The position numbers and the translations under genes were made by a program. From Anaerolineae bacterium (lineage in GTDB: Bacteria > Chloroflexota > Anaerolineae > JBHIEC01), in NCBI GenBank assembly GCA_046760425.1, contig JBHIEC010000001.1, forward strand, positions 325 through 64,324: a stretch of 64,000 nucleotides of DNA, in the 5' to 3' direction. This document shows, one piece after another, positions 9,288 through 18,906 of the stretch (the first letter of the stretch is position 1; each line of letters starts with the position of its first letter). The notes under the pieces are model-generated. The model was not told the origin of the DNA, did not search any database, and saw only the letters and a list, made by a program, of their open reading frames with translations.

Positions 9288-9626
9288 TTATCTTCTCTCG
9301 CGGTGCTGCTGACAGTCGAAGCACAGGGTGGCATAGGGCAAGGCGCGCAGGCGGGCCGGGTCGATCTGCTCCCCACACTGCTCGCAGATCCCGTAGGTGC
9401 CCTCTTCGAAGCGGCGCAGGGCCTCCTCCACCTGCTCCAGCATCCGCTCCAGGTTGCGGCGCAGGGCCAGGCTCTTGGTCTGCTCAAAGACCTCGGTGGC
9501 GTCATCAGCCATATGGTTACCGTAGCCCGCGTGCTCCTCACCCAGGATCCCTTGCTGGCGGATCTCCTTCATCAGCCGCTCGCGCTCGCCCTCCAGATAC
9601 ACCTTCGTGGACTCCATCGTCGCCAT
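9288..9626 (-). CDS. DksA/TraR family C4-type zinc-finger protein
   Basis: C-terminal CEQCGEQI...CFDCQ four-cysteine zinc finger after a coiled-coil region. Confidence 0.7.
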   Translation of the reverse strand: MATMESTKVYLEGERERLMKEIRQQGILGEEHAGYGNHMADDATEVFEQTKSLALRRNLERMLEQVEEALRRFEEGTYGICEQCGEQIDPARLRALPYATLCFDCQQHRERR

Positions 9627-9717
9627 CTCCGCTCAACCCCTTTCTAGATCGCTCACTGCACGGTCGGGGCTGTGAGCGCCCCTATTTTACCTGAAAATGA
9701 GCCCTAAGGCAAATCCA

Positions 9718-12700
9718 TCAGCCCTCCTTCCTGCGCACGCCCAGGGTGATCCCCTGTCCCTCGATCTCGAAGGACCGGATGTGGGCTTCGGGCGGTGGCT
9801 CTTTGGCCACCAGATCTGTGGTCAGGGTCTCGCCTCTGATGTACTCGCCGTACTCGGCCATGACCTGGGCCAAAGCTCCCTCGGCCTGGTAGTAGGTGGT
9901 GATATGATCCTCGATGCGGAAGCCGGCCTTCTTGCGCATGATCTGGATGCGCCGCACCAGATCCCGGGCCAACCCCTCCCGCCGGAGGTCCTCGGTGATG
10001 GCCGTGGCCACCCCCACCAGGTAGCCGCCCTCTTCGGCCACGGCGTAGCCTTCCTTTTCCATCATCTCCACCTGCAGCTCCTCGGGCAGCAGTTCGATGA
10101 CTTGGTCGTCAACGGTGACCTCGACCGTCTGGCCGGCCTGGATCTGCTTGGCCAACAGGCTGGCGTCCAGAGCGGTGACGGCCGACTGGATCTGGGGCAA
10201 CAGGGCTCCGAATTTGGGCCCCAGGAGGGCCGGGATCGGCCGCACGCGATGCTCCACTATCTCCCCTTCGTCCTCGATGAAGCGCAGGGCCTTGACGTTC
10301 AGTTCGTCCAGCAGTTGGTCGGCCAGGGGTTCCAGGCCAGCTTGCTCCTCCGCCGAGCGCACCTTGATGAGGGCCTGGGACAGGGGCTGCCGCAGCTTGA
10401 TACCGGCTTTGTTGCGGGCAGCGTGGCCCAGGCTGGCCAGCCGCATGGCTAACCGCATGTCGGCCATCAGATCCTCGTCAATAAGGGATTCATCGGCTAC
10501 GGGGAAGTGGGAAAGATGCACGCTTTCGGGAGCAGAACTATCCACCGACGAGACCAGGTTGCGGTACATCTCCTCGGCCACAAAGGGGGTGAAGGGCGCC
10601 AGGAGCTTGCTCAGGGTGACCAGGCACTCGTAGAGGGTGGCGTAGGCAGCGTTCTTATCTTCGTCCACTTCCCCCCGACTGAAGTCGGGAGCTGGGCGCC
10701 AGAAGCGACGTCGGCTACGACGCACGTACCAGTTGGACAGGTCCTCCACGAAGTCCTGGATGGGCCGGGCGGCGCCGGTGACGTCGTAGTTGGCCAGGCC
10801 CGTGTCCACACGTTGGATCAGGGTGTGAAGCTCGCTCAGGACCCAACGATCGAGGGAACTAAGGGAACTGAAGGAACTCAGGGAACTCCCTTCAGTTCCT
10901 TGTGGGGGTGTCCAGCCGTCAATGTTCGCATAGGTCACGAAGAAGGCGTAGGTGTTCCACAGGGTGAGCATGAACTTGCGCACCACCTCCCCCACCAGCT
11001 CGACAGAGAAGCGGCGGTCATTGCCTGGCGGCGTGGCGGTGTAGAGGTACCAGCGCAGGGCATCGGCGCCGTGGATGTTCAGCACCGACCAGGGGTCAAC
11101 CACATTGCCCCGCGACTTGGACATCTTCTCCCCTTCGGCGTCCAGGATCAGTCCCAGGCAGACGCAGTTCAGGTAGCAGGGCTCGTCGAAGAGGAGGGTG
11201 GAGATGGCGTGCAGGCTGTAGAACCAGCCCCGCGTCTGGTCCACGGCCTCGCAGATGAAGTCGGCGGGGAACTGCTCGCGGAAGAGCTCCTGGTTCTCGA
11301 AGGGATAGTGCCACTGGGCCACAGGCATGGCTCCGGAGTCGAACCAGCAATCAATGACCTCGGGCACGCGGCGCATGGTTCCGCCGCAGCCCTCGCAGGG
11401 CCACGTGACGCGGTCCACGTAGGGGCGGTGGAGGTCCAGCCGTCCTAAGTCCGAAGTCCTACGTCCTGACCCTTCATTGATTTTGGACTTTGGACTTTGG
11501 ACTTTGGACTTCAGTTCCTCGATGCTCCCGATGCACTCCTGGTGGCGGCAGTTTTCACACTCCCAGATGGGCAGGGGCGTGCCCCAGTAGCGCTCCCGGC
11601 CCAGGGCCCAGTCCACGTTGTTGGCCAGCCAGTTGCCGAAGCGTCCCTCCTTGATGTGCTCCGGGTACCAGTTGATCTTCTCGTTGTTAGCCACCAGCCG
11701 ATCCTTGAGCCGTGTGGTCTCGATGTACCAGGTGGTCTTGGCGTAGTAGAGGAGGGGCGTGTCGCAGCGCCAGCAGAAGGGGTAGACGTGACGGTAGGTC
11801 CCCACTTTGTACATCAACCCCCGCCCCTTCAGCTCCTCGATGATCAGGGGATCGGCGTCCTTGACGAACAAGCCCCGCCAGGGGGTGACGGCATCAATGA
11901 AGGCCCCCTTGGGGTCCACGGTCTGCAGGATGGGCAGGTCGTACTCCTTGCCCATCTCCAGGTCCTCGGCGCCAAAGGCGGGGGCCATGTGCACCACCCC
12001 CGTGCCCTCCTTGGTGGTCACGAAGTCGGCGGCCACGACGTAGTAGGCCCCCTTGTCCACGGGCAGGAAGGTGTAGAGGGGCTGGTAATGCGTGCCCACC
12101 AGCTCTTTGCCCTTGAGGGTCCTGACCACCCGGTACTCGCCCCGCAGCGCTTCCTCCATGAGGGCTCGGGCCAGGATCAACTGCTCTCCCTCCTGCTCCA
12201 CAACGACGTAAGCCACCTCGGGGTGGACGGCCAGGGCCACGTTGCCGGGCAGGGTCCAGGGAGTGGTGGTCCAGACGAGAAAGTAGGTCCCGGGCTCGTC
12301 TCGCAGGGGGAATTTGACATAGACCGATGGGTCGTCGGTCTCGCGCATCGCGCCCGGGTAGTGCTGCTCGTGGGAGGAGAGCGGTGTGCCGCAGCGGGGG
12401 CAGTAGGGCACCACCTTGTAGCTCTGGTAGATCAGGTCTCGGTCCCAAAGCTGTTTGAGGATCCACCACACGGATTCGATGTACTCGTTGGTGAGGGTGA
12501 CGTAGGGATGCTCCATGTCAATCCAGAAGGCGATGCGATCCGTCATCCGCTCCCACTCCTCGACATAGCGGAAGACGCTCTCCCTGCACTTCTGGTTAAA
12601 CTCGGCGATGCCATACTCTTCGATCTCCCGCTTGCTGGAGAGGTCCAACTCCTTTTCGATCTCCAGCTCCACGGGGAGGCCATGGGTGTCCCAACCCGCG

Positions 12701-12945
12701 CGGCGGTCTACCAGATAACCGCGCATGGTTTTGTAGCGCGGAAACAGGTCCTTTACGGCCCGGGCCCAAACATGATGCAGGCCTGGGAGCCCATTGGCAG
12801 TCGGTGGCCCCTCATAAAACACGTAGCGCGGCGCACCCTCGCGAATGGCCAGACTTTTAGCGAAGATCTGGTTCTCCTTCCAGAACTTCAAGATTTGTTC
12901 TTCCATTGCTGGAAAGTTGACCCTGCTATCAACGTCGTTGAACAT
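9718..12945 (-). CDS. ileS: Isoleucyl-tRNA synthetase
   Basis: 1075 aa. Class I KMSKS motif and zinc-binding cysteine clusters. GGAGGG ribosome-binding site before the ATG at 12945. Contains two in-frame repeat insertions (see repeat features). Confidence 0.95.
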   Translation of the reverse strand: MFNDVDSRVNFPAMEEQILKFWKENQIFAKSLAIREGAPRYVFYEGPPTANGLPGLHHVWARAVKDLFPRYKTMRGYLVDRRAGWDTHGLPVELEIEKELDLSSKREIEEYGIAEFNQKCRESVFRYVEEWERMTDRIAFWIDMEHPYVTLTNEYIESVWWILKQLWDRDLIYQSYKVVPYCPRCGTPLSSHEQHYPGAMRETDDPSVYVKFPLRDEPGTYFLVWTTTPWTLPGNVALAVHPEVAYVVVEQEGEQLILARALMEEALRGEYRVVRTLKGKELVGTHYQPLYTFLPVDKGAYYVVAADFVTTKEGTGVVHMAPAFGAEDLEMGKEYDLPILQTVDPKGAFIDAVTPWRGLFVKDADPLIIEELKGRGLMYKVGTYRHVYPFCWRCDTPLLYYAKTTWYIETTRLKDRLVANNEKINWYPEHIKEGRFGNWLANNVDWALGRERYWGTPLPIWECENCRHQECIGSIEELKSKVQSPKSKINEGSGRRTSDLGRLDLHRPYVDRVTWPCEGCGGTMRRVPEVIDCWFDSGAMPVAQWHYPFENQELFREQFPADFICEAVDQTRGWFYSLHAISTLLFDEPCYLNCVCLGLILDAEGEKMSKSRGNVVDPWSVLNIHGADALRWYLYTATPPGNDRRFSVELVGEVVRKFMLTLWNTYAFFVTYANIDGWTPPQGTEGSSLSSFSSLSSLDRWVLSELHTLIQRVDTGLANYDVTGAARPIQDFVEDLSNWYVRRSRRRFWRPAPDFSRGEVDEDKNAAYATLYECLVTLSKLLAPFTPFVAEEMYRNLVSSVDSSAPESVHLSHFPVADESLIDEDLMADMRLAMRLASLGHAARNKAGIKLRQPLSQALIKVRSAEEQAGLEPLADQLLDELNVKALRFIEDEGEIVEHRVRPIPALLGPKFGALLPQIQSAVTALDASLLAKQIQAGQTVEVTVDDQVIELLPEELQVEMMEKEGYAVAEEGGYLVGVATAITEDLRREGLARDLVRRIQIMRKKAGFRIEDHITTYYQAEGALAQVMAEYGEYIRGETLTTDLVAKEPPPEAHIRSFEIEGQGITLGVRRKEG
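10864..10899. repeat. In-frame hairpin insertion in ileS
   Basis: GGAACTGAAGG aactcagggaactc CCTTCAGTTCC. Encodes GTEGSSLSSFSSLSSL in the minus-strand frame. Confidence 0.6.
11443..11514. repeat. GTCCAAAGTCC-type terminal-inverted-repeat element inserted in frame in ileS, including a 7-bp tandem GGACTTT x4
   Basis: ...GGACTTCGGACTTAGGAC on one end and GTCCAAAGTCCAAAGTCCAAAGTCCAAAATC on the other. Encodes ELKSKVQSPKSKINEGSGRRTSDLG. Related copies are in hypE and hypF. Confidence 0.7.
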
Positions 12946-13212
12946 GGACGTTCCCTCCTAACGGCAGTGGATTATCGGCTACTGCTTTATCTATCTGAGA
13001 GCATTCGACAATAATGCCAGGCCTCGCAAGCGTGCTTCGGGCCTGTGGTACGAGCCCCCTCTCAGCTCCCGCGCAGGAGCACGCTTGCGACTGTCACACA
13101 ACGGATGTAAAACGGATAAGCGGATAGATCCTTGGTGGGCACATCCGTTTATCCGCTTGCATCCGATGTGTGACCGTCCCCTGTCAAATTACCGAAGCTA
13201 TCTATCTCCGTT

Positions 13213-13959
13213 TCATTCGGTTGAAACCGCCTTTAGCCAAATATCGAAACTCCGCTCCGCCTCCTCGGCCACCAAAGTGACGAAGGGCTTTTTCTCTTCC
13301 CCATTGGCTAGGGCAAGGGCCTCGTAGTATTGGGGCCTCCTCTCCATGCGAATTATCGCCGGAGGATATCCCTCACGCATCAATATCAAATTCATCAGTA
13401 ACCGCGCTGTGCGGCCGTTGCCATCAACGAAGGGATGGATATGCGCCAGACGGAAATGGGCCAGCGCTGCCCGCTCCACGGGATGCAAACCTGCCGCCTC
13501 GTTTGAGTTCAACCAGCCCACCAGTTCTCGCATCAGAGATGGGACGGCGATAGCCTCCGGTGGAACGTAGGTAGTCCCTGTTATGCGCACCTGGACGCTC
13601 CGATAGCACCCTGCATTTTCATCGTCAATAGTGCGCAGGATGAGGGCGTGGATCTGGCGGATATTGTGTTCGGTTATAGGCTCCTCCCTTTTAGCCAGGG
13701 CCTCAACGAAATCAATGGCGTGCTTGTGGTTGATGGCCTCCAGGTGTTCCCGCAGGGATTTCCCACCCACGGTCAGCCCGTCAAGGAGGACCAACCGGGT
13801 TTCGGCCAACGTCAGGGTGTTGCCCTCGATGGCGTTAGAGTGGTAGGTCCACTCCACGTCGAAATACTCCTTGAGCTTGGCGACGATGCCGGCCGGCAAG
13901 GGTCTCGCCGCGTCCAACTGCGCTTTCTTTTCATCAAGACGAGCGAGTATCTCTTCCAT
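13213..13959 (-). CDS. Fic/DOC family protein (AMPylation-type)
   Basis: Canonical Fic motif HPFVDGNGRTARLL. Confidence 0.85.
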   Translation of the reverse strand: MEEILARLDEKKAQLDAARPLPAGIVAKLKEYFDVEWTYHSNAIEGNTLTLAETRLVLLDGLTVGGKSLREHLEAINHKHAIDFVEALAKREEPITEHNIRQIHALILRTIDDENAGCYRSVQVRITGTTYVPPEAIAVPSLMRELVGWLNSNEAAGLHPVERAALAHFRLAHIHPFVDGNGRTARLLMNLILMREGYPPAIIRMERRPQYYEALALANGEEKKPFVTLVAEEAERSFDIWLKAVSTE

Positions 13960-14670
13960 CTACCCCTCCAGCGCGATCCACAGCCTCTTGTTGATCCGCC
14001 CCTTGCTCTTGTAGTCCACGATCTTGATGGGGCCCACCTCGCTGGTGTTGGCCACGTGGGTGCCGCCGTCGGCCTGGAGGTCCAGCCCCACGATCTCCAC
14101 GGTGCGCACCTCTTTGATGGACGGGGGCAGGAGATTGATCTTGGTGCGGATGAGATCGGGAATCTGAAAAGCCTCCTCCCGGGGCAGGATGGCGATCTTG
14201 ACGGGGCGGGCGGCGGCCACCTCGGCGTTGATCTTCTCCTCGATCTCGTCCACCAACTCCCGCCCCATCCGCTCGAACTCGAAGTCCATGCGAGCTCGGA
14301 GAGGTTCCATGTTGCCCCCGGTGACCTGGGCGCCGTAGTCCCGCCAGATGACGCCGCACAGGATGTGCAACGCCGTGTGGGTACGCATCAGGGCGTAGCG
14401 GCGCTCCCAGTCGAGGACTCCGCCCACCCGGGTCCCGACCGAAGGCGGCTCCCGATCTAGGATGTGAAGCACGTCCGCCCCTTTCTTGCGAACCTTCGTC
14501 ACCTGAAACCTCCGGTCATTGGCCACGAGATGGCCCAGGTCGTGGGGCTGCCCCCCGCCGCCAGGGTAGAAGGCCGTACGGTCCAGAACAACGGCGTTGC
14601 CCTCCACGGCCATGACTATGGCCTCAAACTGGCGCAGGTAGCTGTCGGTCAGGTACAGTAATTCGGTCAT
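13960..14670 (-). CDS. Alanyl-tRNA editing protein AlaX-M-like (Ser/Gly-tRNA(Ala) deacylase)
   Basis: HTALHILCGV zinc motif with a second HxxxH motif. ATG start at MTELLYL is preceded by GGAGCAAGG. Confidence 0.7.
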   Translation of the reverse strand: MTELLYLTDSYLRQFEAIVMAVEGNAVVLDRTAFYPGGGGQPHDLGHLVANDRRFQVTKVRKKGADVLHILDREPPSVGTRVGGVLDWERRYALMRTHTALHILCGVIWRDYGAQVTGGNMEPLRARMDFEFERMGRELVDEIEEKINAEVAAARPVKIAILPREEAFQIPDLIRTKINLLPPSIKEVRTVEIVGLDLQADGGTHVANTSEVGPIKIVDYKSKGRINKRLWIALEG

Positions 14671-15140
14671 CGGACCTTGCTCCACATGTAGTCTAGGTAA
14701 TCCTCAAAGCCCATGGCCCGCCAGAAGGCCTGGGAGGCAGGGTTACGATGGGCAACGTTCAGTTGGATGACGGACAGGCCCTGATCCTTAAACCACTCCC
14801 GTAACGCTTCATAGAGACGCCGTCCGATACCCTGTCGACGCCACTCCGGCGCGACGCAGATGTCCGACACGTGGCCGTAGGCCCGCAGGCGGAAGATGGG
14901 CGGATTGTCCGCCACCCGGCCGGCGATGTAGCCCACGATGTGCCCTTCCACCTCAGCCACCAGGACACAACAGGCTTCGCTCCTCAGCCAGTCAGGGATC
15001 ACCTGGCGCATGTAGTCCACCCCTCGGGGGCCGACCTCCAGGCGAGGGTCCAGAGCGGCGTGGAAACGCATCATCTCTTCCCAGAGAGGGAGTATGTCAT
15101 TGACGTCTTTCAGCCTGGCGCGGCGAACGATGATCTCCAA
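14667..15140 (-). CDS. GNAT family N-acetyltransferase
   Basis: Acetyl-CoA-binding motif RRQGIGRRL. A probable TTG start at 15140 is preceded by AAGAGGGGA. The ORF-track N-terminal extension to 15287 is likely spurious. Confidence 0.6.
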   Translation of the reverse strand: MEIIVRRARLKDVNDILPLWEEMMRFHAALDPRLEVGPRGVDYMRQVIPDWLRSEACCVLVAEVEGHIVGYIAGRVADNPPIFRLRAYGHVSDICVAPEWRRQGIGRRLYEALREWFKDQGLSVIQLNVAHRNPASQAFWRAMGFEDYLDYMWSKVR

Positions 15141-15160
15141 GAATTCCCCTCTTAGCGGAA

Positions 15161-15194
15161 AAGCCCCCGTCCTTAGGGACGGGGGCTTTTCGCC
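15161..15194. terminator. Bidirectional rho-independent terminator
   Basis: AAAAGCCCCCGTCC ttag GGACGGGGGCTTTT. Perfect GC-rich stem flanked by A/T runs on both strands. Confidence 0.7.
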
Positions 15195-15777
15195 ACCCCC
15201 GCGGTACCACCCTATTTGGCATACCGCCCACTCCGTGGGGTACGTGTTCATACCCCCGTCCGTGTAACGGTGGACGAAACCGGCCAAGTCTACTTGCTTC
15301 GCACATTCGTAATCCGTAAACTCGTCACGAATCTACGAATTACGATCTACGAATGTACGAGCTTTCGGTTGGCGGCTCCGGAAGGATTTTCAGCGAGATC
15401 ATCGCGCCCGGCTCGCAGCCATATGTCGGGCTCTCTGTAGCGACTACCCTCGCCTACTCGTTTCCATCATCGCCTTTGGCTCGAATGTGACACTATTATG
15501 ACACAAAACGGCGGATTTGTCAAGGGCAAAAGCAAAGCCAACAGGCCCTCGTGCCTGCTGGCTCCCTTTTTTTCTGAGGCACGCCCCGCTGGGCCGTGTG
15601 CCGGGATGGGTTTTGAACCTGCAAGCGCAGGTGGGTGCCTACCGCCGGTTTTGCCCCCTAGGGGGCAGCCCCTTTAGAGATTGGCCCCTAAATTCAGGTG
15701 TTGGCTCAAAACTCTGTCGCGCATCACGTGCACAGCAGGGCGCCTCGCCTATATCATACCACAAAATGCCAAAAAAA

Positions 15778-17547
15778 TCAAGCGCCGCCCAAATCCAATT
15801 TCAGGTGCAGTTCCGCCAGTTGCTCCTCCGACACGGGGGAGGGGGCCTGGGCCATGAGGTCCATGGCGCTCTGGCTCTTGGGGAAGGCGATCACCTCGCG
15901 GATGTTAGGCTCGCCGGCCAGCAGCATCACCAGGCGGTCAATGCCCGGCGCAATGCCGCCATGGGGCGGCGCCCCGTACTCGAAAGCGTCCAGCATATGC
16001 CCGAACTGAGCCCGGGCCTCCTCCTCCGAGATCCCTAGCAGCCGGAACATCTGCTCCTGAATCTCACGGCGGTGGATCCTGATGCTCCCCCCACCGATCT
16101 CCCAGCCGTTGGCCACGATATCGTAAGCCTTGGCCCGCACGCGGCCAGGGTCCGTCTCCAACAAGGGCAGGTCTTCGTCCCGGGGCGCGGTGAAGGGGTG
16201 GTGGACAGCGTCCCACCGTCCCTCCTCCTCGTTCCACTCCACCAGGGGCGGGTCCACGATCCAGGCGAAAGCCAAAAGGTCGTCATCAATCAGGCCCAGG
16301 CGCCGGGCCACTTCCACCCGCAGCCGCCCCAGAGCCTCGGCCACAACTTTGGATTCCCCGGCCACGATGAGGATCAGATCGCCCATCTCCGCCTCGGTGC
16401 GGGCCACGATACCCTGCAGCTCCCCGTCGGACAGGAACTTGGCCACGGGCGACCGTGGCCCCTCAGCCGTGAGGGCGATGGAAACCAACCCCCTGGCCCC
16501 GTGCTGCCCCACGAACTCCGTCAGTTCATCCAACTGGCGACGGCTGTAGCCAGCGCAGCCGGGGGCCCGCAGCCCCTTGACCTGGCCGTCTTCGGCCACG
16601 ACGGAGCGGAAGACCCTGAACTCGCTCTCTGCCACCAGATCCGAGAGGTCAACCAGAGGCAGGCCAAAGCGCAGGTCGGGTTTGTCGTTGCCATACTTGG
16701 CCATAGACTCCTGATAGGATAGCCGGGGGAAGGGCTTGAAGAGCAGCCGTTTATCAGAGATGGTCTCCACCAGGCTGGTGAACAACTCCTCGGTGATCTG
16801 CAGGACGTCCTCCAGCTCCACGAAGGACATCTCCATGTCCAGTTGAGTGAACTCCGGCTGGCGGTCGGCCCGCAGGTCCTCGTCGCGGAAGCAGCGGGCG
16901 ATCTGGTAGTACCTGTCGAAGCCGGCCACCATCAGGAGCTGCTTGAGCTGCTGGGGGGACTGGGGCAAGGCGTAGAACTTGCCGGGATGGACACGGCTGG
17001 GCACCAGGTAATCCCGCGCCCCCTCGGGGGTGCTCTTGATCAGGATGGGCGTCTCGATCTCCACAAAGCCCCGGGTGTCAAGGAAGTCGCGGATGAACTT
17101 GACCACCCTGTGGCGCAGGAGGATGTTCCTCTGCATGCGCTGGCGGCGCAGGTCCAGGTAGCGGTAGCGCAGCCGAAGGGTCTCATCCACAGCCGACTCC
17201 TGGCTGATGTAAAAGGGCGGCGTTTTGGCCTCGTTGAGCACCTTGGCTTGGTGAACGATGACCTCGACATCGCCAGTGGCTATAGCTGGATTCTCCTGAC
17301 CCGGCGGGCGCTTAGCCACCTCCCCGTGTACCTGCAGGACATATTCGCTGCCCACCCGGGCGGCCACGGCGTGGGCCTCGGGGGAAACCTCCGGATTGAA
17401 GACCACCTGGGTGATTCCCTCCCGATCCCGCAGGTCAATGAAAATCAAACCCCCGTGATCCCGCTGGCGATGCACCCAGCCGGCCAGGGTTACCTCCTGG
17501 CCCACGTGATTGATCCGCAATTCACCGCACGTATGAGTCCTGAGCAC
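15778..17547 (-). CDS. aspS: Aspartyl-tRNA synthetase
   Basis: Class II synthetase with an N-terminal OB-fold. GTG start at [11 protein letters not shown] is preceded by GGGGGAGG. Confidence 0.9.
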   Translation of the reverse strand: MLRTHTCGELRINHVGQEVTLAGWVHRQRDHGGLIFIDLRDREGITQVVFNPEVSPEAHAVAARVGSEYVLQVHGEVAKRPPGQENPAIATGDVEVIVHQAKVLNEAKTPPFYISQESAVDETLRLRYRYLDLRRQRMQRNILLRHRVVKFIRDFLDTRGFVEIETPILIKSTPEGARDYLVPSRVHPGKFYALPQSPQQLKQLLMVAGFDRYYQIARCFRDEDLRADRQPEFTQLDMEMSFVELEDVLQITEELFTSLVETISDKRLLFKPFPRLSYQESMAKYGNDKPDLRFGLPLVDLSDLVAESEFRVFRSVVAEDGQVKGLRAPGCAGYSRRQLDELTEFVGQHGARGLVSIALTAEGPRSPVAKFLSDGELQGIVARTEAEMGDLILIVAGESKVVAEALGRLRVEVARRLGLIDDDLLAFAWIVDPPLVEWNEEEGRWDAVHHPFTAPRDEDLPLLETDPGRVRAKAYDIVANGWEIGGGSIRIHRREIQEQMFRLLGISEEEARAQFGHMLDAFEYGAPPHGGIAPGIDRLVMLLAGEPNIREVIAFPKSQSAMDLMAQAPSPVSEEQLAELHLKLDLGGA

Positions 17548-17655
17548 GATGAACCTCCCCCTTCGTTTAGAGGCAATTATACTATCAGGTCCCCGAAAAG
17601 ACAAACGCAACTCCCCCTTGCCTGCTTGCCCCTTCTGTGCTATACTTCTGCCCCG

Positions 17656-18270
17656 ATGGGCTCGAAAAACGATAAAGAGGTGGGGTCGGGCACGGCATGG
17701 CGAGAGGCCTTAGCCCAGGTGGCGGAGCGGCTGACGGGACTGGACTGGGCCCTGGCCGGCAGCGCCGCCTCGATCTTGCAGGGACTGGCGGTGGAGCCCC
17801 GGGATCTGGACCTCCTGACCGATGCCGAAACGGCCTATCGAATCGCTGCCCGCCTGGACGACGGCGTCACGCTACCTATGGCCTGGCGGGAGAACGAACA
17901 CTACGCTAGCCACTTTGGCCGCTTCGTCCTGGGAGGCACCAAAATTGAGGTCATGGGCGACCTGGAGCTAAGGGGGCGAGGCTGCACCCTTCACCTTCAT
18001 TCCACTTCCCTTATCTGGAAGCGGCTGCGGCCGACGACCTTCCTGGGCCATCGTCTGCGCCTCATCCCCCTGGAGGCCCAATTGGTGGCCAATCTCGTCC
18101 TGGGCAAGGAAGAGCGGGCGCGATGGATGGCCACCCATCTTGGAGAGCGGGGCTACGACGGGGATCTCCTGCGGGAGATCCTGACGGAGGGAGACCTGTC
18201 GTCAGCGATCGTCGAGGAGGTGCGAGGGCTCCTCGGCGGGGACACATCAAAGGCAAGGAGGATGTCATGA
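17656..18270 (+). CDS. Hypothetical protein (possible minimal nucleotidyltransferase fold)
   Basis: Only the last 204 aa of ORF 16843..18270 are credible; its upstream part is antisense to aspS. Start taken at MGSKNDKEV. Confidence 0.4.
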   Translation: MGSKNDKEVGSGTAWREALAQVAERLTGLDWALAGSAASILQGLAVEPRDLDLLTDAETAYRIAARLDDGVTLPMAWRENEHYASHFGRFVLGGTKIEVMGDLELRGRGCTLHLHSTSLIWKRLRPTTFLGHRLRLIPLEAQLVANLVLGKEERARWMATHLGERGYDGDLLREILTEGDLSSAIVEEVRGLLGGDTSKARRMS

Positions 18271-18515
18271 GTCACACAACCACGGCAGTTTCTCGGCGGC
18301 GCAAGGGGCAAGCAGCGATCCTTCTCGGCGTGGCAGTTCTGTTCTGCCTCCTGCTGGTGCTCACGGCCTGTGAAGGTGGCCCCACCCCTACGCCGACCCA
18401 ACCCCCTTACCCTCCCCCGGCTACCCCCACACCGACCACTGGGCCCTATCCCCCTCCCCTCCCCACGGAGACGCCCGAGCAGTCCTACCCCGGGCCGACA
18501 CCCACGGCATCGTGA
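18267..18515 (+). CDS. Small proline/threonine-rich lipoprotein
   Basis: Signal peptide with LVLTAC lipobox. AAGGAGG ribosome-binding site. ATGA start/stop overlap with the upstream gene. Confidence 0.55.
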   Translation: MSHTTTAVSRRRKGQAAILLGVAVLFCLLLVLTACEGGPTPTPTQPPYPPPATPTPTTGPYPPPLPTETPEQSYPGPTPTAS

Positions 18516-18906
18516 AGGGGCCGGCCCACATGAGGGTCTGCGTCAACGGGGTGCCCATGCGTTCACGGAATTTGGACCCAATTTTGACCGGATTTGGACC
18601 TTGGTGTGTTATAATGGCCAATGAAATCGGATAAGCCAACGGTGCCCTCCGATTCATTGGGTCCCTCTGGGATCGGTGAACGATAAGGTGTGGGGGGCAA
18701 CTCCCACGCCCGCCAGTGTGCAAAGGAGGCAGCCCAGCTTTGGGTTTGCTTCCTTTTTGGTAGGGCGAGGATGAGGTTATCATCGTCCCACGAGGGACGA
18801 AACTGCGCTTGCTGTAGGGAGGAGGTGATGTGCAGGGCCAAAGCTGTCCATGGTGCATAGAGAGGTTCGGGTGCAAGATCCCTATTTTACTGGAGGAGGT
18901 GCTTGA

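Noticed and set aside
10507-13014. Long plus-strand ORFs (313 aa and 505 aa) antisense to ileS
   Set aside because: No recognisable domains. They lie entirely inside a well-supported minus-strand gene. Typical high-GC antisense open frames.
12946-13212. T-box riboswitch call for the ileS leader
   Set aside because: A long hairpin is present, but the T-box consensus (AGGGUGGNACCGCG) is not matched convincingly. Kept only as a low-interest finding.
14667-15287. 206-aa version of the GNAT acetyltransferase
   Set aside because: The N-terminal 49 residues are low complexity. A TTG start with a good ribosome-binding site at 15140 gives a canonical ~157-aa GNAT.
16843-17655. 5' two-thirds of the 475-aa plus-strand ORF 16843..18270
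   Set aside because: Antisense to aspS and low complexity. Only the region from the ATG at 17656 (downstream of aspS) looks like a real gene.
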